From: Ignavibacteria bacterium | GTDB taxonomy: Bacteria; Bacteroidota; Ignavibacteria; Tepidaquicellales; OLB5 | Assembly: GCA_020852705.1 (NCBI GenBank) | Contig: JADZAP010000036.1 | Coordinates: 31,045 to 95,044, forward strand | Length of the DNA stretch: 64,000 nucleotides | Direction of reading: 5' to 3' | Shown here: piece after piece, positions 9,213 to 19,276 of the stretch | How the letters are laid out: each line of letters starts with the position of its first letter | How positions within the stretch are numbered: the first letter of the stretch is position 1 | The notes under the pieces: model-generated | What the model saw: the letters and a program-made list of their open reading frames with translations, nothing else | What the model was told of the DNA's origin: nothing | The model's database searches: none | Made by a program: the position numbers and the translations under genes

Positions 9213-10883
9213 ATGAAAAAATTAATATCTGTTTCAGTATTGTTAAGTATCTTTTTTTGCTCCGGCTTATATTCTCAAGTGCTTAACACAAATCTTCCAG
9301 GATTTAAGATTGTTAAATCAATTGAAGGCGGCATTATAAAAACTAAAACTATTACTGTAAATGAAACTTCTGCCATTAACTACATTCCTGATGAACATGA
9401 ACAAACTGATTTTCCCAATGCAAGCAATATAAGGTGGTCTTTTACAGACCCGATTGCAATTGGAGATATTTGCGCAACTAGCTCAAACGGATTATATCAG
9501 TCAGTTGGCTGGGACCTGAATTCAAAAAGAATTTCTGTTTATGATAATAATTCAAGTACACCGCTTTGGGAATACCCGGCAAATTTTAATGCATACATTA
9601 ATTACACATCTTTATCAGATGATGGAAATTATCTGGCAGCAGGTACTTATCATAATATTTTAGTATTTAACAGAACTAACGGAAATACTCCGATTATGAA
9701 TTTTAATCTGGAAACTTTACCTGATACCGGCATTGCAGGACCTGTTGATATCACTTCTGACGGAAATTTTATAATTTCTTGTGCATCAAGAACGGATTCA
9801 AGCTGGATTTTTGGGTTTCAAAGAAACTCTAATAACTGGGTATGGCGTTACAGGGTCGGACAGACTAATAATACAGGGGGTGCATCTGTTCAGGGTGTAA
9901 AAATTTCGGGTAATGATTCTCTTGTTATTGTTAATACTTACCTTGGCGTTTATGTTTTTAAAACCTATACAGGTCAGCTTATTTGGTCTGGTTCGGTAAA
10001 TCCCGGTTCAACAAGCGGAACACAATTTCCGCAGGCAATTAGCGGTAACGGAAATTATATTGCCACTATAAATTATAGCGGTCAATTGAGAATGTATCAG
10101 TGGAACGGAAGTACATATAATCAGACTTGGATGTCTGTTGAATCTGGCGGATGGATGACTGCTGCTGATTTAAGTTATGATGGGACTAAAATTGGTGCGG
10201 GTACCCTTAACTTTTTAGGCGGTGGAAACTATGACGGAAAAATAAAGTTTTATAATACTTCAAGCTCTACTCCTTTATGGACTTATTCAGGATGCGGTGA
10301 TGAAGTTACTTGTGTTTCCATTTCAAAGAATGGTAAAATACTTGCCGCTTCTACATGGGGAGATCTTGGTAATACTAAATATGACCTGCTTGTGTTTAAA
10401 ACCGGTGTATTGGCACCTGCACCAGTTTTTGGGGTTCAGTCACCCGGATCATTTTTCTGGTGCAGTGTTTCTGCTGATGGCAGTACAGTTGTTACAAGCG
10501 GAAAGAAGGTACATGCAAGGTCTTTTGGCAACGGCGGCTTATTATATAATGTATTTATTGATACTAACGATGTTCCGCTGGGTATTAGTTCAAACAATCA
10601 GCCGGCAGAATTCAGGCTTGAACAAAACTATCCAAATCCGTTTAATCCATCAACAACTATAAACTTTTCAATCCCTGAAAGAAGCTTTGTTACAATGAGG
10701 GTATATGATATGACCGGCAAAGAGGTAATGCAGTTAGTTAATAACAATTATTCAGCAGGTATTTATTCAGTTGATATAGATGCTAATAACTTAAGTTCAG
10801 GAATTTATATGTACAGTATTGAAGCAAAAACAGAAAGCGGAAATATTTTAAAGGATACAAAAAAGCTGACATTAATTAAGTAA
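9213..10883 (+). CDS. T9SS-sorted beta-propeller (WD40/PQQ-like) secreted protein
   Basis: MKKLISVSVLLSIFFCSGLYSQ signal peptide. Repeated ~45-aa units (LSDDGNYLAAG, ITSDGNFIIS, ISGNGNYIAT, LSYDGTKIGAG, ISKNGKILAAS, VSADGSTVVTSG). C-terminal NYPNPFNPSTTINFSIP domain. The ORF track start at 9174 would add MKFNIINIIIIII. Confidence 0.8.
   Translation: MKKLISVSVLLSIFFCSGLYSQVLNTNLPGFKIVKSIEGGIIKTKTITVNETSAINYIPDEHEQTDFPNASNIRWSFTDPIAIGDICATSSNGLYQSVGWDLNSKRISVYDNNSSTPLWEYPANFNAYINYTSLSDDGNYLAAGTYHNILVFNRTNGNTPIMNFNLETLPDTGIAGPVDITSDGNFIISCASRTDSSWIFGFQRNSNNWVWRYRVGQTNNTGGASVQGVKISGNDSLVIVNTYLGVYVFKTYTGQLIWSGSVNPGSTSGTQFPQAISGNGNYIATINYSGQLRMYQWNGSTYNQTWMSVESGGWMTAADLSYDGTKIGAGTLNFLGGGNYDGKIKFYNTSSSTPLWTYSGCGDEVTCVSISKNGKILAASTWGDLGNTKYDLLVFKTGVLAPAPVFGVQSPGSFFWCSVSADGSTVVTSGKKVHARSFGNGGLLYNVFIDTNDVPLGISSNNQPAEFRLEQNYPNPFNPSTTINFSIPERSFVTMRVYDMTGKEVMQLVNNNYSAGIYSVDIDANNLSSGIYMYSIEAKTESGNILKDTKKLTLIK
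10626..10883 (+). repeat. 258-nt T9SS sorting-domain coding segment, copy 2 (partner 8729..8986)
   Basis: See 8729..8986. Confidence 0.85.
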
Positions 10884-10912
10884 AATTTATTTAATGTAAA
10901 TTTTTTTAAAAT

Positions 10913-10935
10913 GGGGGCGTATTGCCCCCTTTTTA
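10913..10935 (+). terminator. intrinsic terminator
   Basis: Hairpin gggggc-gtatt-gccccc followed by TTTTT. Confidence 0.75.
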
Positions 10936-10983
10936 ATTGTATTCCATAAATAAAGTAACATTGAATACCATTCATAATTTAGT

Positions 10984-10991
10984 TATTTTTG
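10984..10991 (+). promoter_or_regulatory. candidate -7 promoter box TAnnTTTG (TATTTTTG)
   Basis: Exact match 40 nt upstream of ATG 11032. Confidence 0.3.
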
Positions 10992-11031
10992 AACTTTAAC
11001 ACCAATATTTGCAATTCCTGAAATAATTTTA

Positions 11032-13026
11032 ATGGCAAAATCTTCAAAAAAGCAGTTTAAAGTACAAAAATCTGCAAAAATTATCTTAAATCCCGAATTT
11101 AATCTGAAAATTAATAATTCCTTATGGTATGGTATCATGGTAGTACTTATGATACTTTCTGCAATAATACCATATTATTTTATCCAATACGCATTTTCAA
11201 TAAATCATTATTACAGCTTTCCGCTTGATGATCCATGGATTCATCTGCAGTTTGCAAAAAATCTTGCGGAGTACGGCAGTTTTTCATACTTTAAAAATGA
11301 AGTTGTAACCTCTGGATCAACATCACCATTATATACATTCATATTAGCAGCCGGTTTCTTTTTTACTAAAAATGAAATGTGGTTAAGCTACATTACCGGA
11401 ATATTGTTTTTTGCAGTTTCAGTTTATTTCTACTTTAAGCTCACACATGATGTATTTGCAAAAGAAAACTGGCTAGCAATTATGGCTTCACTTTTGTTTG
11501 TACTGGAAAAGTGGCTAAACTTCATTTCAGTTACCGGTATGGAAACTACGCTTTATATTTTACTATTGGTTGCCTGTTATTACTATTACCGGAAAATGAA
11601 TGCTGTACTGTTTGCTGTTACACTTGGATTAACTTTATGGACCCGCCCGGATGCAATTGCTTTTATAATTGCTTTAGCAGTTGACTATATTTTCAGAATG
11701 TATATTATAATGCGTGCACCAAAAGAAAATTCAGGCATCAGATTATTTGCAAATAAGGAACTTATTAAAATTGGAATAATCTTCGGGGCAATTATATTGA
11801 TTTATTTTGCCATGAATTATTTTATTTCAGGCAGTCTGCTTCCTAATACATACGGAGCTAAAGTAAAATACTATTCAGCCGAATTCCGCAGCAGAGCGGA
11901 TTTTCTTAAAGTTGATGTATGGGAATATTTTACTGAATCGGCTTATATTCTTATCTTTATACCGTTTGTATTTGCTGTATATAAACTGTTATTTGATTCT
12001 GTTAGATTAAAATATAATTCTCTGTTAATGCCGTTAATTTTTATTGGCGGATTTATTTTTATGTATTGGTATCAGCTTCCGTATGCTCACAGGTTCGGCA
12101 GATATATGATGCCCCTTTTTCCTTTCTATATTTTATTAAGTGTTTACGGAGGCAGAGAGTTTTTTAAATGGCTTGGAAGATATTTAAATGATACAAAACT
12201 TATTAATGGATTAAATATAATTCTGCTTGCTTCGGCAATTATATATTTTGCTGTTGTATTAAATGAAAATAAAGAGCTTTATCAAGATCAATCAAGGCAT
12301 ATATATATAAGGCAGGTAGAAACAGCAAAATGGTTAAAAAATAATACTCCTCAAGGTTCTATTGTTGCTACGCATGATGTTGGGGCAATAGCTTTCTATT
12401 CAGAAAGAAAGGTTATAGATGTAGTTGGACTTATTAATCCGGAATTCATTCAAAAACTTAACACTAAAGATTTTGTTGGTTTTGTTGAAGAGCAGATAAA
12501 AAAGCAGAATGTAAATTATCTGGCATTCCTGAAAGAGTGGTTTCAGGTAGTAAATCAAAATCCATTATTTACTGCTGGAGAAAATAATTTTGAAATAATG
12601 AATGTTTATAAATATGAGCCGGGTAAAACTCATATCCTTTCAAGTGAAGTGAATGGCGGTATTGAATATGTATCAAAACTACTTAATACTAAACAATTTA
12701 AGCAGGCAGAAGGCGTATTAAAACAGCTTATAGCAATGGATCCTAACAGTTCATTAACATATTATCTTATGGCATATTCATATTCTGCGTTGGGAGATCA
12801 AAAATCATCGGAGGGGAATCTGAAAAAAGCTCTTGAAATTTTCCCTGATTATCATGACGCTGCAATTTCTCTTGCAGTTTTATATAAAACATTAAATAAC
12901 CGTGTTGAAGCTCAAAAGACACTTGAAACCTATATTTCAAGAAACCCAGGTGATAGCATAGCAATAAAAAAACTTAATGAAATAAGATTAAGTTTTCCAA
13001 AAGATAGTTCAGAAAATCAAAAATAA
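11032..13026 (+). CDS. polytopic membrane protein, GT-C/ArnT-PMT-like glycosyltransferase fold suspected, with C-terminal TPR domain
   Basis: 664 aa with about 12 hydrophobic helices. An acidic first-loop motif (FPLDDPWIHLQFAKNL) resembles GT-C enzymes. The C-terminal ~120 aa are TPR-like (LTYYLMAYSYSALGDQKSSEGNLKKALEIFPDY...). Confidence 0.65.
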   Translation: MAKSSKKQFKVQKSAKIILNPEFNLKINNSLWYGIMVVLMILSAIIPYYFIQYAFSINHYYSFPLDDPWIHLQFAKNLAEYGSFSYFKNEVVTSGSTSPLYTFILAAGFFFTKNEMWLSYITGILFFAVSVYFYFKLTHDVFAKENWLAIMASLLFVLEKWLNFISVTGMETTLYILLLVACYYYYRKMNAVLFAVTLGLTLWTRPDAIAFIIALAVDYIFRMYIIMRAPKENSGIRLFANKELIKIGIIFGAIILIYFAMNYFISGSLLPNTYGAKVKYYSAEFRSRADFLKVDVWEYFTESAYILIFIPFVFAVYKLLFDSVRLKYNSLLMPLIFIGGFIFMYWYQLPYAHRFGRYMMPLFPFYILLSVYGGREFFKWLGRYLNDTKLINGLNIILLASAIIYFAVVLNENKELYQDQSRHIYIRQVETAKWLKNNTPQGSIVATHDVGAIAFYSERKVIDVVGLINPEFIQKLNTKDFVGFVEEQIKKQNVNYLAFLKEWFQVVNQNPLFTAGENNFEIMNVYKYEPGKTHILSSEVNGGIEYVSKLLNTKQFKQAEGVLKQLIAMDPNSSLTYYLMAYSYSALGDQKSSEGNLKKALEIFPDYHDAAISLAVLYKTLNNRVEAQKTLETYISRNPGDSIAIKKLNEIRLSFPKDSSENQK

Positions 13027-14094
13027 TTGGTAATTTACAGGTTAATATATCCCGCAGTTTTTATTTTATCATTTACAATTTTCTTTTTAATATTTTCTGT
13101 ATTTCTTAACAGAACTTATAATAACAACAGAGATTCGGTTATCAAAATAACCCGCGGAGATAACCTGCGAAGCGTTGCTGAAAAACTTCAGGAAAACCAA
13201 ATTATATATAATAAATATATTTTTATTGCTGCCGGAAAACTATTCGGCAAACAGAATAATCTTATCCCCGGTGAATACAAGTTTTCGGGCGGTGAAACCT
13301 ATATTAATGTATTAAACACTATAACTGATCCATCTGTAATCAGGACTGTTATAGTTACAATCCCCGAAGGTCTTAATATCAGGCAAATTGCTAGACTTCT
13401 TCAGCGGCAAATAGGGGTTGATTCTGCAAAGTTTGTTGAAGAATCAAAAAATGACAGTCTTATTAAATTACTGGGAATCAGTGCTGATGATCTTGAAGGA
13501 TACTTATTTCCTGATACATACCAATTCAGGTTCAATTCTGCAAACCGTGAAAAAGAAATTATTACTGTAATGTTTTCTACATTCAGAAAAAGGATATCCG
13601 GAGATGTGCAGGAAAAAATGAAAGCTGGAAATCTCGATCTGATTAAACTTATAACTATGGCAAGCATTATTGAAGGTGAAACTAAATATGAACCTGAAAA
13701 GAAAATTATTGCAGGAGTATATTATAACAGACTTAAAAAGGGGATGAAGCTGCAGGCTGATCCAACCGTTCAGTATATTTTACCTGGAGGTAATAAAAAC
13801 CGCCTGCTTTACAGTGATCTTAAAATTGAATCACCATATAATACATATATTCATAAAGGTCTGCCTCCGGGTCCTATTAATAATCCGGGTTTAAGCTCAA
13901 TTATAGCAGCTTTAGAACCGCAGGAAAGCAACTATCTTTTTTTTGTTGCAAAAGGCGATGGTTCCCACAGATTTTCTGCTACTTACGATGAACATAAAAA
14001 AAATATTGAGCTTTATCAGAATTATCTAAAGGCACTTGAAGAAAAGAAATTGCAGGAAAACAATACAAATCAGAACAATCAGCAGGCAAAATGA
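13027..14094 (+). CDS. mltG: endolytic murein transglycosylase MltG (YceG family)
   Basis: 355 aa with an N-terminal TM helix. Motifs LASIIEGET-like (MASIIEGET), ADPTVQY and YNTYIHKGLPPGPINNPG. TTG start directly after the upstream stop. Confidence 0.9.
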   Translation: MVIYRLIYPAVFILSFTIFFLIFSVFLNRTYNNNRDSVIKITRGDNLRSVAEKLQENQIIYNKYIFIAAGKLFGKQNNLIPGEYKFSGGETYINVLNTITDPSVIRTVIVTIPEGLNIRQIARLLQRQIGVDSAKFVEESKNDSLIKLLGISADDLEGYLFPDTYQFRFNSANREKEIITVMFSTFRKRISGDVQEKMKAGNLDLIKLITMASIIEGETKYEPEKKIIAGVYYNRLKKGMKLQADPTVQYILPGGNKNRLLYSDLKIESPYNTYIHKGLPPGPINNPGLSSIIAALEPQESNYLFFVAKGDGSHRFSATYDEHKKNIELYQNYLKALEEKKLQENNTNQNNQQAK

Positions 14095-15692
14095 TTAACA
14101 AAGTTAAAACACTTGGCAGTTTATTGTTAAAGTTAGAGCTAAGAGGTAAAACCGGCTCAGGTAAAAAAATGCTCCTGCTTAATGCATCATATTTCCTGCC
14201 CGGTGTATTTTTGCCGTGGCTGCTTTTAAAACAAAATACCGATCCCTCAGGTTATCAGTTTTCTTTTATTTTATTCCTGTTCTATTCTCTTATTATTGCC
14301 TTCACACTGATTTCAGAGCTTGATAATCTGATCACTTCAAAAACTGAAACCGAAATACTTGCTGTACTGCCAATAGAAAGTAACATCATATTGAGTGCAA
14401 AAATGCACATGATAACAAGGTATTTATTCCTGCTTTCTATGCCGCTTGTTCTTCCGGGCAGTATTTATTTTTATGCACTAATAAAATCTTTTCCAAGGGC
14501 TGTAATGTTTTATACTGCAGCAATGATGCTGATATTTTTTACTGCGTATATTATTCTGCTTTTGTATTCTGTGGTATTAAAATTATTCCGTGCCGGTAAA
14601 GTTGGTTCTTATACCCTGATATTTCAGGGAATCCTGATTATTTTATTAATTTTAACATATCAACTGATTGCATACAGCATTACAGGAAGGTCAGAGAACA
14701 CATTTGGTGCTTATTTTGCATCAATGCAGACAAAAGGGCTAATTGATTATTTTCCGCCTGCGTGGTTTGCATTTCTTACAGCAAGAAATCAGTATGTACT
14801 GCAATACAGTCTGATATTTAAGTTAATATTGCCGCTAGTTATTACAATATTAAGTTACTACAGTTACAAAATGTATCTTAAAGAAAACTATTTCTATATA
14901 AGAGATAAATACCTGAATGCAAGAATTATTGAAAGCCGTAGTACGGCTGCCGCTGGCAGATTTACCCCCTTAGCATGGATTAGTGATATTATTTATAACA
15001 TATATTTAAGAAATAATACAGAACGCTCTGCATTTGGATTAATAAGATCTCTTTTTAAAAATGATAAAACTGTAAAACTAACTATTTTGCCATTGGTGTT
15101 AATACCTGCTGGACTAGCTCTTTTTGCTTTACTTACAAATCAGCTTCCTGCACCCTTTGGTAAATATTTTTTTGAACTTAAACCAGTTTTTCATATTACA
15201 ATTCTTTTTAGTATGCTAGTGGTTGTAAATACTGCTATAATAGGTGTAAAAATATCTAACTATCAGGGTGTTACATGGATATATGATGCTTATCCAAAAA
15301 GTTCTTTAAAAAATTTTAAAAATGGTTTCAGAAAATTTTTCATTGTGTTCCTCATCTTGCCTTCATCGGCACTGATATTTTTATTATTCATATTCAAAAT
15401 CCCAATAGATCAGGCATTTGTTCATACTTTATATATTTTTTCAGTTTGCGGGTTGTATAATTCATTAAGTTTATTGTTTTCAAAAGCTCTGCCATTTACA
15501 AAAGAAAACACACTTTCAAACTCCATACAGCGAATGACAACTATTTTTTACCCTATTTTATTTGGTACATTATTTATTATGGTTCAAATGGCTGTTTACA
15601 GAGATATGATAACTGCCTTGATTGCATGCGGTGTAATATTTACTGTAACTATCTGGATAAATTATTTTGGTTTTGTCAGGAAAAAACCCTAA
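14091..15692 (+). CDS. polytopic integral membrane protein, unknown family
   Basis: 533 aa with 12 or more hydrophobic segments. Its ATG overlaps the mltG TGA (ATGA), implying translational coupling. Confidence 0.7.
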   Translation: MINKVKTLGSLLLKLELRGKTGSGKKMLLLNASYFLPGVFLPWLLLKQNTDPSGYQFSFILFLFYSLIIAFTLISELDNLITSKTETEILAVLPIESNIILSAKMHMITRYLFLLSMPLVLPGSIYFYALIKSFPRAVMFYTAAMMLIFFTAYIILLLYSVVLKLFRAGKVGSYTLIFQGILIILLILTYQLIAYSITGRSENTFGAYFASMQTKGLIDYFPPAWFAFLTARNQYVLQYSLIFKLILPLVITILSYYSYKMYLKENYFYIRDKYLNARIIESRSTAAAGRFTPLAWISDIIYNIYLRNNTERSAFGLIRSLFKNDKTVKLTILPLVLIPAGLALFALLTNQLPAPFGKYFFELKPVFHITILFSMLVVVNTAIIGVKISNYQGVTWIYDAYPKSSLKNFKNGFRKFFIVFLILPSSALIFLLFIFKIPIDQAFVHTLYIFSVCGLYNSLSLLFSKALPFTKENTLSNSIQRMTTIFYPILFGTLFIMVQMAVYRDMITALIACGVIFTVTIWINYFGFVRKKP

Positions 15693-15782
15693 GTCATTTT
15701 TTAAAATATTTACATTTTATATTAATTTTTACATTTAATTTAATATAATGCCCCTTTATTTTGAGGTTTAATTTATTTTTTA

Positions 15783-18221
15783 TTGATGAATTCAGCTCAA
15801 AAGCGGTCATTTGTTTGGCTTAATACTTATGCCGGAATTTTTATGGTTGCCCTTTCAACATTAATGTATGAAATACTTCTCACAAGGATCTTTAGTGTAA
15901 CAATGGGATACCATTTTGCATTTATGGCTGTTTCTCTTGCAATGTTTGGCATGACAGTTGGCGCTATAATTGTTTATATTTTCCCCAATAAATTCCCGCA
16001 GAATAACATCAATACAGTGCTTACAAAGCAGGCATTATATTTTAGTCTGCTCACAGTTTTAAGCTTTCTCATACATCTTGCAATACCTTTTATACATGGA
16101 GTATCTGTTTTAGGAATGCTATCAACTGCATTTATATATGCTGAAATTTCAGTTCCCTTTATATTCAGCGGAATATGTATTTCACTTTTATTAACCAGAT
16201 TTCCGGAAAGAGTTAATAAACTTTATGCTGCAGATCTTTTAGGGGCAGCACTTGGATGTATTATTGTAGTTATTACACTTAATATTTCAGGCGGTCCTAC
16301 CGGTGTATTTATTGCTGCACTATTTTCAGCACTTGCAGCATTGTTTTTCAGCAGAAATACTAAAAAAACCTCTTTAGCCAAAAAAGTTATTTTAGTTTAT
16401 ACTGTTTTATTGCTCTTATTTTCGGGTTTTCATACAGTACTTGTACAGCAGCATCATCCGCTTCTCAGACTTTTTTGGGTTAGAGGCAAGTGGACTGATA
16501 AACCGCTGTATGAAAAATGGAATTCATTTTCGCGTATTAGCATTGATGGTGACTCAACAAAATTAGAAACACCATTTGGCTGGGGCTTAAGCAATAAATA
16601 CGACCGGTCAAGAAAGATACATCAGCTAATGCTGAATATTGATGCTCATTCAACAACTGTACTTTCCCATTTTAACGGTGATACTTCTGAACTTTTGCAT
16701 TTAAAATATGATGTATCAAACCTTGCTCAGTATTTAAGACCGCATGGTGATATTTTGATAATTGGCAGCGGGGCAGGGCGTGATGTGCTTTCATCACTTG
16801 AATTTGGTCAAAAAAACATTTTAGGTATTGAAATTAACAAGGATATGATAAATGCTGTTAACGGTGATTTTGGCGATTTTACCGGACATCTTGATAAATA
16901 TCCTAATGTAGAGTTTGTGGGCGATGAAGCAAGAAGCTATATTCAGCGAATGGATCCAAACAGGAAGTTTGATATTATCCAGATTTCCGTAATTGATAAT
17001 TGGTTTGCTACATCAAACGGGGCATTTGTGTTAACTGAAAATGCGTTATACACGGTTGAAACATGGAAACTGTTGTTGAGCAGGCTTAAGACCGATGGCA
17101 TTTTAACTGTTACCCGGTTTTACCGTTCTAAACCAATTGAGCATTACCGGCTTATGAATATTACTGCCGATGCACTAAAACAATCAGGCATTAGCAATAT
17201 AAGAAACCATATTATGCTGATAAAATGCCAGCAGTTAGAAAGGATTGAAGATAAAAGCGGAACCGGAACTTTTCTTATCAGCAAATCTCCTTTTACCCCA
17301 AAAGATATCAGCATGACCGATAGTCTTTGCAGAACATTTGAATTTGAAAATATTGTGTCTCCGCAAAAAGTAACTGATTCTGTTTATGCTGTTCTTGCAA
17401 ATGAAAATAAACGAGATGAGTTTAATAAAATCTTTCCTTTTAATATCAGCTCACCCACAGATGATAAACCTTTCTTTTTTCTTTATATGAATTTTTTAGA
17501 TCTGCCTGATGTAAAATTTTGGACTGAGTGGGATATGAGCTTTAATGCCAAAGCAATTTTCATTTTAGTAACACTTTTTGTTACAATGGCAGGACTTTCA
17601 TTGTTATGTATTATTATTCCGCTAAAGATAACCTCTAAAAAAATAAATCTAAAAGGAACTTCATCTCTCTTCATTTATTTTATTGCAATTGGGTTAGGAT
17701 TTATGCTGATAGAAATTTCCCAAATACAGCGGCTTAATATATTTTTAGGACACCCTACTTATAGTATTGCTGCCGCTTTGTTTACCCTTCTGCTATCAAG
17801 CGGTATTGGCAGTTTTTACAGCGGGAAAAATTTTGAACCATCTAAGATTAAATCAAAATTTATTGCCCTTCTGTTAATACTTGTAATTTTTGGACTTATT
17901 ACTCACGAAATAATTATAATGTTCAGAATGTATTCCACTGAGGTAAGGATAATTGTTGCTGTAATAACTCTCTTTCCGATGGGTTTTATGCTTGGCATTG
18001 CTTTTCCGCTGGGATTGAAATATGCAGCAAAGATTAGAGAAGAAATTACCCCATGGCTTTGGGGAGTAAACGGAGTTATGAGTGTGCTTGCAACAGTTAT
18101 TGCGGTGATAATTGCTATGAACTTTGGTATTTCAGCAACATATTGGGCAGGATCATTTTGTTACCTTGCTGCTTTTGCAGCTATTTTAAAATTTTCAAAA
18201 AAATCTGTCTCAGATTCCTGA
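15783..18221 (+). CDS. membrane-embedded spermidine-synthase-like (class I SAM-fold) protein flanked by two multi-TM domains
   Basis: 812 aa. Central soluble domain has ILIIGSGAGRDVLSSLEFGQKNILGIEINKDMI (Rossmann/aminopropyltransferase-like) and DIIQIS. N- and C-terminal ~220-aa TM bundles. Confidence 0.75.
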   Translation: MMNSAQKRSFVWLNTYAGIFMVALSTLMYEILLTRIFSVTMGYHFAFMAVSLAMFGMTVGAIIVYIFPNKFPQNNINTVLTKQALYFSLLTVLSFLIHLAIPFIHGVSVLGMLSTAFIYAEISVPFIFSGICISLLLTRFPERVNKLYAADLLGAALGCIIVVITLNISGGPTGVFIAALFSALAALFFSRNTKKTSLAKKVILVYTVLLLLFSGFHTVLVQQHHPLLRLFWVRGKWTDKPLYEKWNSFSRISIDGDSTKLETPFGWGLSNKYDRSRKIHQLMLNIDAHSTTVLSHFNGDTSELLHLKYDVSNLAQYLRPHGDILIIGSGAGRDVLSSLEFGQKNILGIEINKDMINAVNGDFGDFTGHLDKYPNVEFVGDEARSYIQRMDPNRKFDIIQISVIDNWFATSNGAFVLTENALYTVETWKLLLSRLKTDGILTVTRFYRSKPIEHYRLMNITADALKQSGISNIRNHIMLIKCQQLERIEDKSGTGTFLISKSPFTPKDISMTDSLCRTFEFENIVSPQKVTDSVYAVLANENKRDEFNKIFPFNISSPTDDKPFFFLYMNFLDLPDVKFWTEWDMSFNAKAIFILVTLFVTMAGLSLLCIIIPLKITSKKINLKGTSSLFIYFIAIGLGFMLIEISQIQRLNIFLGHPTYSIAAALFTLLLSSGIGSFYSGKNFEPSKIKSKFIALLLILVIFGLITHEIIIMFRMYSTEVRIIVAVITLFPMGFMLGIAFPLGLKYAAKIREEITPWLWGVNGVMSVLATVIAVIIAMNFGISATYWAGSFCYLAAFAAILKFSKKSVSDS

Positions 18222-18241
18222 TTAGATATCATAATAAAAAA

Positions 18242-18267
18242 AAGACCTGTAAAATCAGGTCTTTTTT
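18242..18267. terminator. bidirectional intrinsic terminator between convergent genes
   Basis: aagacctg-taaaa-tcaggtctt hairpin with a preceding A-run and a following T-run. Confidence 0.75.
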
Positions 18268-18285
18268 ATTGTATCTGTAAAAATT

Positions 18286-19221
18286 TTACTTTGTTGGTTT
18301 TGGAGGAATAAAATCAGAAGGTTTTTTCATCAGCTGCGCAGCCAATGCACTAAACAATCTGAAAAGCTGATTATTTCCGCTTACCTGTGTTATAAAAGAA
18401 GGTGCAGCATTTGGATCGCTTAAGGTTTCCTTATACATATTAATTACTGTCTGCTGTCCTGTTGATGTATTTACTGTTACTGTATATGTTGGAACAGGAA
18501 ATGTTGTCATTACCGTATCTTTAAAATCATCGGTATTTAAATTAGCTAATATGTTAAGAAAACCTTCCATTACTGATGCCGATACTGAATCACCGTTAAT
18601 ATTCCATTTACCGGCTGAATCTTTAATCACCGAAAAATCTACTTTATTTGAATCAGTAGATTTAAAACTGACGTTTGTAACTATATACGGCTGAATAGAA
18701 AGTATGAACTTATTCCTGTAATCTTTTGCAGATTTAATAAATAATCCTGCAGTTAGGTTTGATGCCAATAGTATTCTGTTTTCTTCCGGCTTTTTGATAT
18801 ATGAATTATCTCCTGCCTGAGTTTTTCCGAGTATAAATGTACCTAACGGCTTACCTTCCTGATAAGTTGTTATCTTAGCGTTATTTACAGAATCAAGATA
18901 ATTTTTGAAATTGGCAGGATTATCTGAGGCAATAGATTCTATGGTAAAGTTTTTCAAATCTTTTAACATTAGGTAAATATTTGTTGTATCAGCATTGTAT
19001 TCAATTGGTTTGGTCATTTTCCATACATCATTAACTTTTTCCAATACAATGGTTTCGTTATTTTTTACAATTTCAATTTTATTAATCTTGGATGAATCAG
19101 CAACAAATAATTTAGCATCAATCTTTTCAGTTGATATTTTTTCTCCGCTCCTGAAGAACAGAAAATACACTGCAATTAAAACGGCAAATACTGCCAGTAA
19201 AATCTTAATATTCTTATTCAT
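18286..19221 (-). CDS. DUF4340 domain-containing protein (GldG-associated)
   Basis: 311 aa with a single N-terminal TM helix. Repeated beta-rich modules. Position immediately downstream of the GldG-like gene is typical for DUF4340. Confidence 0.7.
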   Translation of the reverse strand: MNKNIKILLAVFAVLIAVYFLFFRSGEKISTEKIDAKLFVADSSKINKIEIVKNNETIVLEKVNDVWKMTKPIEYNADTTNIYLMLKDLKNFTIESIASDNPANFKNYLDSVNNAKITTYQEGKPLGTFILGKTQAGDNSYIKKPEENRILLASNLTAGLFIKSAKDYRNKFILSIQPYIVTNVSFKSTDSNKVDFSVIKDSAGKWNINGDSVSASVMEGFLNILANLNTDDFKDTVMTTFPVPTYTVTVNTSTGQQTVINMYKETLSDPNAAPSFITQVSGNNQLFRLFSALAAQLMKKPSDFIPPKPTK

Positions 19222-19276
19222 TTTTTAAAAAACAATTTTATATTTAATATACTTTTAAAGTTCACTAAAATAATTA

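Noticed and set aside
8729-10883. Diversity-generating retroelement (template/variable repeat pair) as an explanation for the duplicated 258-nt segment
   Set aside because: No reverse transcriptase is nearby. The mismatches between the copies involve all four bases rather than being confined to adenine positions of one copy.
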